A stretch of DNA of 7,678 nt from a virus. Lineage: Duplodnaviria > Heunggongvirae > Uroviricota > Caudoviricetes. A program made the position numbers and the translations under genes. Location of the stretch: positions 1 to 7,678 of IMG/VR virus record IMGVR_UViG_3300029417_000062, one strand, 5' to 3'. Below the pieces are notes generated by a model. It was not told the DNA's origin. It did not search any database and saw only the letters and a list, made by a program, of their open reading frames with translations. Positions 1 to 5,210 of the stretch are shown piece by piece (within the stretch, counting starts at the first letter, position 1; the number at the start of each line of letters is the position of its first letter).

Positions 1-505
1 GCTTAAGCTCCGGATACATGGCGTTAACTTCTGGCATTTTCATCAACGCTTCAACGATATGTCCGTCGAATGTTGCCATGTCTTCCTGCAACAATTCCTG
101 TGCGCTAATAACCATATCAACGGTGATGTTTTCACATGTGTCGAACTTAACCATGACAGCGTTCTGTACTTCAGGGGCCAGCTTGTCAAAAGTGACGTTC
201 ATCGGATCGGATTCAGTCTCAACCGGGACAAAAGAAGCAGACTCCTCATCCCAGCGGTTTTCCTGCATATATTCAGCATCCCATGAATCGAGGGCAGGGC
301 GGGGTATGCCAGGTTTATCCTCGCAGACAATAAATTTATAAGCGCAGTCCTGAGCAGCCGGATAATGTTCCAGGAATTGCCAGTGAAATTTTGCTCGAGC
401 ACGGCGTTCGTCGCCAGCTTCAATGGCTGTGGCTACAGCCACAGCGCCTTCTTCCCTTGTTGCCAGTTCGTCAGGAATAGCGGCGCAAATAAAGACTTTA
501 CTCAT
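1..505 (-). CDS. Hypothetical prophage protein, partial (168 codons in window; gene runs off the window start). Sits where ydfE lies downstream of ydfD in the Qin dicB operon.
   Basis: Minus-strand ATG at 505..503 (MSKVFICAAIPDELATREEG...), preceded by GAGG about 10 nt upstream. Frame stays open to position 1 with no stop. Acidic, protein-like composition. The ydfE assignment is by position only, from memory. Confidence 0.6.
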   Translation of the reverse strand, partial: MSKVFICAAIPDELATREEGAVAVATAIEAGDERRARAKFHWQFLEHYPAAQDCAYKFIVCEDKPGIPRPALDSWDAEYMQENRWDEESASFVPVETESDPMNVTFDKLAPEVQNAVMVKFDTCENITVDMVISAQELLQEDMATFDGHIVEALMKMPEVNAMYPELK

Positions 506-598
506 TTTGTTTTAACCTCATGACAGATTTAAGGATGAACAAATCCCTGCCATTGCTGGCATATAAGAATGAAACCGGATATTTATTACGGAACTGTT

Positions 599-790
599 TT
601 AAAGACCTGCCGGGATTTCGATATTATACTGGTGAATAACTTTATCGACCGGGTAACAGTTACCGGGAATTTTCTGTTCGGTTGCTGCAGTCATACACTC
701 CTGCATTGTCCTGTGAACACTGACTGCAATATCAACTGGCTCTCCGGAAACAAGAAAAACTGTCAGAACAAGCGCAAATGCTGAATTCAT
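599..790 (-). CDS. ydfD: YdfD-like small protein (63 aa) with N-terminal hydrophobic segment; prophage lysis/toxic membrane protein
   Basis: ATG at 790..788 overlaps the dicB stop (789..787) in an ATGA arrangement. Product MNSAFALVLTVFLVSGEPVD... has a signal/TM-like N-terminus. Length and position match my memory of Qin YdfD. The six-frame track shows a longer ORF (599..844) whose upstream extension lies inside dicB. Confidence 0.75.
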   Translation of the reverse strand: MNSAFALVLTVFLVSGEPVDIAVSVHRTMQECMTAATEQKIPGNCYPVDKVIHQYNIEIPAGL

Positions 791-975
791 TGTGCACATC
801 CTTTTGGCATCAGACGTAAACGAGCCAGCATTGAAACAATGCATATTTTATTTAATAGCTCCCGTTCTTGTTTTCTCTTGTTAATGGCATCTTCAGTAAA
901 TACAGGGTTACTGATAGTGACACCAATTTCAAAACAACCTTCAGACGTATTAACGTTTGGTAATAACGTTTTCAT
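787..975 (-). CDS. dicB: DicB cell-division inhibitor (62 aa; acts through MinC in K-12)
   Basis: ATG at 975..973 with GAGGA 7 nt upstream. Product MKTLLPNVNTSEGCFEIGVTISNPVFTEDAINKRKQERELLNKICIVSMLARLRLMPKGCAQ matches my recollection of DicB in length and sequence. Lies downstream of dicF and upstream of ydfD as in Qin. Confidence 0.8.
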   Translation of the reverse strand: MKTLLPNVNTSEGCFEIGVTISNPVFTEDAINKRKQERELLNKICIVSMLARLRLMPKGCAQ

Positions 976-1145
976 TATCGCGTCCTCAACAATGAATTTT
1001 GTGATGCAGTGCCTGGTGCCTCCAGGTGACGTTAACCAGTTAACAATTAACGCCGGATACAGAGAATCCACCCATAACACTGTTTTTGGTTTTAACTGTT
1101 CCGCGTGCGCTTAGCCGCATTCACCGCATCACAAAATTCACTTTA

Positions 1146-1203
1146 AAAACGGCGGCAGAGCAGTCACGGAGTAAAACTGATACCGCCAAACGTCACCAGA
1201 AAA
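1146..1203 (-). ncRNA. dicF: DicF small RNA (53-nt core 1203..1151 plus U-tract)
   Basis: Reverse complement of 1151..1203 reads TTTCTGGTGACGTTTGGCGGTATCAGTTTTACTCCGTGACTGCTCTGCCGCC, followed by GTTTTT. This matches the DicF sequence as I remember it, including the GGCGG...CCGCC terminator stem. Position between the ydfB/C region and dicB is the canonical one. Confidence 0.85.
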
Positions 1204-1461
1204 TTGATAACAGAGGGCGTTGCAGCGGGGTTGTCGCTTAAGCGTATGGTCAACCTGACAACTCGGTGTCCTCAACGGGGAAGGAATAACCCCGCCATAC
1301 TTACCGCCGCGCCATTTCGCGGGTTGCCACAACCGGAAGCGCACGGTCGAATTAAATTTGACGACACCGTACAGTGAGACGAACTTCGCCGTGCGCTTTC
1401 GTGTTGTGTGCCTGCTTTTAACCACGTCAGGCGAGGTGGTATCCTTAAAATCACCACAGTT

Positions 1462-2037
1462 TTAAGGATTCATTAAGCAATGTCGCAACCACCAATAAAT
1501 CCGCTTAAGAACATGAAAATTGATTACTGGTATAAAGCGCTTACAGTTGTTGGCGCTGCGTTGTTTGTCTTTAATGGAACGTCTTTTTTTGACAGATATC
1601 CCGTTGTTCCATTGGTTTTTTTGTCCTCCGGCATCTTTTTTATTGGTTTGGGGGAGTGGATTAATCACCCTCTCAAAGTGAGATTTATTGGTCCTGGAGT
1701 TTGGACTCGTGGATATAATCGTTCTTCGTGCGCACTCGGTATCATCTTCGACATACTTGGTTGTTTCCTGATTGTTACAGGAGTCGTCAAGTTCTTCTGA
1801 TGTAAAACCGCAAATGGGGCACGTAACGGGAATTTTGAAAAGCGTTTCTCCGGGTTCCAGAACAAAATTTTCTGCGGTCTGATTTTGCTTCTCATATTTG
1901 TGCTCCGCGTCATTGTGAGAGCGCATTCTTATTCTGAGTGCCTGTTTAAACTCACTGAAGCTGAGAGCTTCTTCGCCTTCGGCAAGGCCTTCGAAGTATT
2001 CTTCGTAAGCCTTTTCCATGATTGTGTCGAAATCCAT
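1462..2037 (-). CDS. Hypothetical protein, 191 aa; acidic N-terminal region with a YdfB-like start and a CPxCG motif. The C-terminal half is low-complexity and may be read-through.
   Basis: ATG at 2037..2035 with AGGTGA 5 nt upstream, one nt after the ydfA stop (tight coupling). The first ~85 residues look like real protein (MDFDTIMEKAYEEYFEGLAEGEEALSFSEFKQALRIRMRS...PVTCPICGF). Residues after ~90 are N/K/R/S-rich and lie codon-aligned antisense to the plus ORF 1480..1800, so part of this ORF may be an antisense artefact. In K-12 this interval is annotated as two short genes (ydfB, ydfC). Confidence 0.5.
   Translation of the reverse strand: MDFDTIMEKAYEEYFEGLAEGEEALSFSEFKQALRIRMRSHNDAEHKYEKQNQTAENFVLEPGETLFKIPVTCPICGFTSEELDDSCNNQETTKYVEDDTECARRTIISTSPNSRTNKSHFERVINPLPQTNKKDAGGQKNQWNNGISVKKRRSIKDKQRSANNCKRFIPVINFHVLKRIYWWLRHCLMNP
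1480..1800 (+). CDS. Candidate small membrane protein (106 aa, about 3 predicted TM helices), encoded antisense to the 3' half of the 191-aa minus ORF
   Basis: ATG at 1480 with AAGGA 11 nt upstream. Three clean hydrophobic segments (ALTVVGAALFVF, VVPLVFLSSGIFFIGLG, CALGIIFDILGCFLIVTGVV). Its codons are exactly aligned with the opposite-strand ORF, so one of the two is probably spurious. Confidence 0.3.
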   Translation: MSQPPINPLKNMKIDYWYKALTVVGAALFVFNGTSFFDRYPVVPLVFLSSGIFFIGLGEWINHPLKVRFIGPGVWTRGYNRSSCALGIIFDILGCFLIVTGVVKFF

Positions 2038-2038
2038 A

Positions 2039-2194
2039 TCACTCACCTGAGTTTCTTTCCAGCCAGCGACGGGCACCATTTTCGGTTTTAAACGTTTTGC
2101 TTTTGGTATACGTCATTGCGGTGAACGTGCCGTCCTGGTTTGGAAACACGCCGTACACCAGAGATTCGTTGTTGCCAAGATCGATAGTATCCAT
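2039..2194 (-). CDS. ydfA: YdfA-like small protein (51 aa), first gene of the DicA-repressed leftward operon
   Basis: ATG at 2194..2192 with GAGG 5 nt upstream. Product MDTIDLGNNESLVYGVFPNQDGTFTAMTYTKSKTFKTENGARRWLERNSGE. Length and position next to dicA match Qin ydfA from memory. The track ORF 2039..2350 extends upstream through the promoter region and is not credible beyond this ATG. Confidence 0.75.
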   Translation of the reverse strand: MDTIDLGNNESLVYGVFPNQDGTFTAMTYTKSKTFKTENGARRWLERNSGE

Positions 2195-2270
2195 GCTGAC
2201 CTCATTTCCCCTTAACGCCGGGGTAGCGGAACTGTTTGCTGAGAACACCGTGCGGTGTGTTGATGGAGGT

Positions 2271-2348
2271 AATTTAGTTTTCTCATTATTTTTCGTCAAG
2301 GCTTTTTGATGAGAAAACTCAAGTATTGGCGCAAGATAAAGCCAATAC
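2271..2348 (-). promoter_or_regulatory. Candidate leftward (dicB-operon) promoter with operator-like inverted repeats
   Basis: On the minus strand: -35 TTGACG (2299..2294), 17-bp spacer, -10 TAAATT (2276..2271). A perfect 10-bp inverted repeat AGTTTTCTCA (2276-2285) / TGAGAAAACT (2310-2319) straddles the -35. A second 8-bp inverted repeat GTATTGGC (2323-2330) / GCCAATAC (2341-2348) lies beside it. Confidence 0.4.
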
Positions 2349-2386
2349 ATTGAAATGTAAGGCTTTAAAATTTTGTGAAGGGATGA

Positions 2387-2794
2387 TTATTGATGCTTGT
2401 TGCGTTTGCGAGCCTCTAATAGCTCGGTGAACAGGCGATTAAAATTCTCAACGCGGGCGCGGAGTTCGCTGAGTTGTGCTTGTTGCTCTGATTTAGGAAG
2501 TGCGCGATACAAACGCAGCATCTCTAACTCATCTTCCGATAAGTCTAAGGCACTATCGAGTGAAACAGGGGGAGCTGGTGTTTTGTCCTCGTCGCCAAAC
2601 AGTATCCAGGTTGGTGAACATTGCAATACCTCGGCGAGGCGATGCAAATTTTGCCCGCGCGGGGCTGTATGGTCACTTTCCCATAATGAAATTGATGAGC
2701 CAGATACGCCAGCAGCTTTGCTTAAACCGTTTTGACTTAAACCTACCTGCTTACGTCTTTCTCTAATGCGTTGACCTAAAGTTTTCTCGTTCAT
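2387..2794 (-). CDS. dicA: DicA-like HTH (XRE-family) prophage repressor, 135 aa
   Basis: Product MNEKTLGQRIRERRKQVGLSQNGLSKAAGVSGSSISLWE...VLQCSPTWILFGDEDK... has an N-terminal HTH and the VLQCSPTWILFGDEDK block I recall from DicA. Divergent from the Cro-like gene. Start chosen at ATG 2794..2792 (135 aa); the track ORF uses an ATG 17 codons upstream (2845), which lies in the operator region. Confidence 0.9.
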   Translation of the reverse strand: MNEKTLGQRIRERRKQVGLSQNGLSKAAGVSGSSISLWESDHTAPRGQNLHRLAEVLQCSPTWILFGDEDKTPAPPVSLDSALDLSEDELEMLRLYRALPKSEQQAQLSELRARVENFNRLFTELLEARKRNKHQ

Positions 2795-2871
2795 ATTTAG
2801 ATATCTTAATAACCCTTGACTTGAGATTCCTTGAGTGATTAGCATTGAGAAAACTCAATACTGGAGGTGCG
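2795..2871. promoter_or_regulatory. Divergent dicA/dicC control region (immunity switch) with operator-like repeats and a candidate rightward promoter
   Basis: -35 TTGACT (2816-2821), 18-bp spacer, -10 TAGCAT (2840-2845). Operator-like TTGAGAAAACTCAATACTGG at 2845-2864, and TTGAG repeated at 2821, 2831 and 2845. SD GGAGG at 2863-2867 precedes the dicC ATG at 2872. No evident SD for dicA. Confidence 0.5.
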
Positions 2872-3099
2872 ATGTTTAAATCAGACGTAATTAATTTTTA
2901 CGGTACGAAAGCCAAAGTAGCGAAAGCTGCTGGCGTTGACCCATCTGCTGTTTCTCAATGGCAAGAGCTGGTTCCTGAAGGTCGCGCGATGCGTCTACAG
3001 GAGGCATCTGGCGGCGAGCTTCTGTATGATCCCAAGGTTTATGACGAATATCGTAAGACGAAGCGGGCGGGGCGGTTGAACAATGAAAATCACTCCTGA
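2872..3099 (+). CDS. dicC: DicC-like (Cro-type) small DNA-binding regulator, 75 aa
   Basis: ATG at 2872 with GGAGG 4 nt upstream. Product MFKSDVINFYGTKAKVAKAAGVDPSAVSQWQELVPEGRAMRLQEASGGELLYDPKVYDEYRKTKRAGRLNNENHS; the C-terminal half matches my recollection of DicC. Divergent from the repressor. The track ORF starts at TTG 2845, inside the operator, which is unlikely. Confidence 0.85.
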   Translation: MFKSDVINFYGTKAKVAKAAGVDPSAVSQWQELVPEGRAMRLQEASGGELLYDPKVYDEYRKTKRAGRLNNENHS

Positions 3100-3604
3100 A
3101 CAGGCTCGTGAGGCTCTGGATGCCTGGATATGTCGACCAGGAATGACACAGGAGCAGGCGACGATATTAATCACTGAAGCATTCTGGGCTTTGAAAGAGC
3201 GCCCGAACATCGATGTTCAGCGTGTCACAGATGAAGGTGGCGCGGTTGATCAGCGAGCGCTTGGCGTTAATCGAGTGAAGATATTCGAACGCTGGAAGGC
3301 TATCGACACCAGGGATAAGCGTGAAAAGTTCACGGCGCTAGTGCCTGCAATTATGGAGGCTATCCGGATTAATGATTTCAGGTTGTATCGTGAAATTAGT
3401 GACGGAAAAAGCATCACGTACATGATCGCCGGGTTAAACAAAGAATATGGCGATGTGGTGGAGTCCGGACTGCTTTTTGCTGATCCTGCCGTAGTGGATC
3501 GTGAAACTGACGAACTTATAGAAAAAGCAATTGCTTTCAAACTTGCGTATCGACAGCAATACCAACAAAAAGCTGGATGGAATTATGAGCCTTCTTTTTG
3601 CTGA
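3083..3604 (+). CDS. YdaT-family prophage protein (173 aa), second gene of the rightward immunity/replication operon
   Basis: ATG at 3083 overlaps the dicC 3' end by 17 nt. Position after the Cro-like gene and the motif ...FTALVPAIMEAI... resemble Rac YdaT (from memory). Confidence 0.75.
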   Translation: MKITPEQAREALDAWICRPGMTQEQATILITEAFWALKERPNIDVQRVTDEGGAVDQRALGVNRVKIFERWKAIDTRDKREKFTALVPAIMEAIRINDFRLYREISDGKSITYMIAGLNKEYGDVVESGLLFADPAVVDRETDELIEKAIAFKLAYRQQYQQKAGWNYEPSFC

Positions 3605-4550
3605 ACGCCCACTGGTTATAAACACACAGCTTGCGATGAAGATTGGCTTAAATGAAGCCATTGTGTTGCAGCAGTTGCATTACTGGTTGAGAGATACCAA
3701 TTCCGGCATGGAATGTGATGGTGTTCGCTGGATTTACAACACAACGGAACAATGGCTGGAACAGTTCCCATTCTGGTCAGAGTCAACGTTAAAGCGCGCG
3801 TTTGCAAGTCTGAAAACGCTGGGGCTTTTGCGTTGTGAAAAGCTCAATAAATCAAAGCGCGATATGACCAATTTCTACACGATTAACTATGGAAGCGAGC
3901 TTTTAGATGATGGCAAATTGAGCGAATCCATCGGTTCAAAATGCGCCGCTCCATCAGGTCAAAATGACACGATGGAAGAGGTCAAAATGAAACGCTCCAT
4001 TGGTTCAAAACGACCCAATGTCATCGGGTCAAAATGGCCCGATGATCCTACAGAGAATACAACAGAGATTACTACAGAGAATAAAAACACTTTTCGTCCG
4101 GAAGCTTCGCAACCGGACCCGCAGACGGCTGAACAGGATTTTTTAATCCGGCACCCTGGCGCAGTTGTGTTTAGTGCGAAAAAACGCCAGTGGGGTAGCC
4201 AGGAGGATCTGGCGTGTGCGCAGTGGATATGGGGGCGGATCGTGGGTCTCTACGAACAGGCCGCCAGTGATGATGGCGAGATCATGCGACCAAAAGAGCC
4301 TAACTGGACTGTCTGGGCCAATGATGTGCGCACAATGCGGATGCTGGATGGCAGAAGCCACAGACAAATTTGTGAAATGTTTGGTCGGGTACAGCGGGAT
4401 CCATTCTGGGTAAAAAACATCATGAGCCCGTCAAAGCTCCGCGAAAAATGGGACGAACTGGTCATCCGCCTGGGGCGTTCACCTGTACAGCGTTGTGTTA
4501 ATCATATTTCTGAACCGGATACAGAAATTCCGCCTGGTTTCAGAGGATAA
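3585..4550 (+). CDS. Lambda O-like replication initiator (321 aa) with the origin (iterons) inside its coding sequence
   Basis: C-terminal block TVWANDVRTMRMLDGRSHRQICEMFGRVQRDPFWVKNIMSPSKLREKWDELVI resembles the lambda O C-terminus as I recall it (AGWANDIRLMRERDGRNHRDMCVLFRWACQDNFWSGNVLSPAKLRDKWTQLEI). An iteron array sits mid-gene. Start ambiguous: ATG 3585 (chosen, overlaps the ydaT end) versus TTG 3531 used by the track. Confidence 0.85.
   Translation: MSLLFAERPLVINTQLAMKIGLNEAIVLQQLHYWLRDTNSGMECDGVRWIYNTTEQWLEQFPFWSESTLKRAFASLKTLGLLRCEKLNKSKRDMTNFYTINYGSELLDDGKLSESIGSKCAAPSGQNDTMEEVKMKRSIGSKRPNVIGSKWPDDPTENTTEITTENKNTFRPEASQPDPQTAEQDFLIRHPGAVVFSAKKRQWGSQEDLACAQWIWGRIVGLYEQAASDDGEIMRPKEPNWTVWANDVRTMRMLDGRSHRQICEMFGRVQRDPFWVKNIMSPSKLREKWDELVIRLGRSPVQRCVNHISEPDTEIPPGFRG
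3928..4096. repeat. Candidate phage replication origin: five direct iterons (about 22-25 bp period) followed by an A-rich tract
   Basis: Units start near 3928, 3951, 3974, 3997 and 4021, with core GGT(T)CAAAA(T/C)G, similar to the TCAAAACG core of lambda ori iterons. Followed by a purine/A-rich tract 4047-4096 (ACAGAGAATACAACAGAGATTACTACAGAGAATAAAAACAC). Confidence 0.6.
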
Positions 4551-4590
4551 GTTTTGATTTCAGGTCATGAGGTAATTTTAAGGGGGACTT

Positions 4591-4992
4591 GTGGCAAAAG
4601 TTTTTACACAAGAAGAGCGGGAAAAAATTAAAGGGCAGGTGGTGGAACTCGTGCGCCAGAGCGGTCGTGAGACGTTACGGCAACTGGAAGCTAAAACAGG
4701 TGCGACTAGATATCTGATGAGCGTTCTTGCCAGAGAGCTGGTAGCCAGTGGCGATGTATACAACTCCGGCTACGGGTTATTCCCGTCTGAACAGGCGCGT
4801 AAGGACTGGCAAAACGCCCGCAAAAAACTCTCGAGGGCAAAGGTGAAGAAAACAGCTGTGGTTGATCCGGACCTTATCTGGTCGTTACCTGATGGAGAAA
4901 TACGTCGCTACGACAGTCGCCTAAACATAATCTGTCGCGAGTGCCGGATGAGTGAAGTTATGCAGCGCATACTGGCATTTTATCAGGGATAA
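4591..4992 (+). CDS. Hypothetical protein, 133 aa, possible HTH/winged-helix; occupies the position where a helicase loader (P/DnaC-like) would be expected
   Basis: GTG start at 4591 with AGGGGG 4 nt upstream. Coherent protein-like ORF (MAKVFTQEEREKIKGQVVELVRQSGRETLRQLEAKTGATRYLMSVLARELV...). No similarity to lambda P that I can recognise. Confidence 0.6.
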   Translation: MAKVFTQEEREKIKGQVVELVRQSGRETLRQLEAKTGATRYLMSVLARELVASGDVYNSGYGLFPSEQARKDWQNARKKLSRAKVKKTAVVDPDLIWSLPDGEIRRYDSRLNIICRECRMSEVMQRILAFYQG

Positions 4993-5088
4993 TGTTAGGT
5001 ATTTTAGACGTTACTAGATTAAAAAGCATTAGTTCAGGAGTGAATTGACATTCTCATTTTTCATGGCACAGGGTAGATCTGGCGTGGT

Positions 5089-5114
5089 TGTCCGCTTTGT
5101 GCCAAAAGCGGACA
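5089..5114. terminator. Hairpin between convergent genes; possible bidirectional terminator
   Basis: Perfect 10-bp stem TGTCCGCTTT (5089-5098) / AAAGCGGACA (5105-5114) with a 6-nt loop. Flanking U-tracts are weak on both strands, so terminator function is uncertain. Confidence 0.3.
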
Positions 5115-5210
5115 TCGAATAATTTCAGCAGCACTCAACCTTATTAACCAAATCGCCTCAACTCATATGGACATGCATCCGGAAGTGCCAACTTCGTAAA
5201 CTTATTCACT

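Noticed and set aside
18-423. Six-frame ORFs 18..341 (+), 59..286 (+) and 199..423 (-)
   Set aside because: They lie antisense or out of frame within the YdfE-like gene (1..505, minus). Ser/Cys-rich low-complexity products with no start-site signals.
569-784. Plus-strand ORF 569..784 (71 aa)
   Set aside because: Antisense to the YdfD-like gene; Cys/Asn-rich product and no convincing SD.
839-1114. Plus-strand ORF 839..1114 (91 aa)
   Set aside because: Antisense to dicB and the dicF-dicB spacer; the real gene here is dicB on the minus strand.
1138-1457. Minus-strand ORFs 1138..1425 and 1272..1457
   Set aside because: They overlap the DicF sRNA and the region upstream of it. Arg-rich, non-protein-like translations; better explained as structured non-coding RNA.
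1665-1913. Minus-strand ORF 1665..1913 (82 aa)
   Set aside because: An alternative frame inside the 191-aa ORF. R/K/P-rich junk-like product. It could correspond to a legacy ydfC-type annotation, but the sequence does not support it.
1885-2309. Plus-strand ORFs 1885..2091 and 2022..2309
   Set aside because: Antisense to the ydfB-like and ydfA genes and to the leftward promoter region.
2397-2766. Plus-strand ORFs 2397..2735 and 2500..2766
   Set aside because: Antisense to the DicA-like repressor gene; Ser/Arg-rich products.
3928-4044. Possible CRISPR array
   Set aside because: The direct repeats are short degenerate iterons inside a coding sequence with no unique spacers, which fits an origin of replication and not CRISPR. 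No cas genes are present.
2995-4465. Assorted ORFs on either strand inside the dicC/ydaT/O-like genes (2995..3210, 3250..3540, 3434..3661, 3616..3807, 4143..4367, 4165..4413, 4250..4465)
   Set aside because: All are embedded in, or antisense to, well-supported plus-strand genes and have no independent start signals.
4578-4763. Minus-strand ORF 4578..4763
   Set aside because: Antisense to the 133-aa plus-strand gene.
5045-5050. Consensus -35 hexamer TTGACA in the convergent intergenic region
   Set aside because: No acceptable -10 element at 16-18 bp spacing and no downstream gene in that orientation.
4993-5210. Small ORFs (19-29 aa) in the intergenic region as possible antitoxin partners of the HEPN gene
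   Set aside because: No SD sequences, and they overlap the hairpin. A partner gene, if one exists, is more likely upstream of the HEPN gene beyond the IS.
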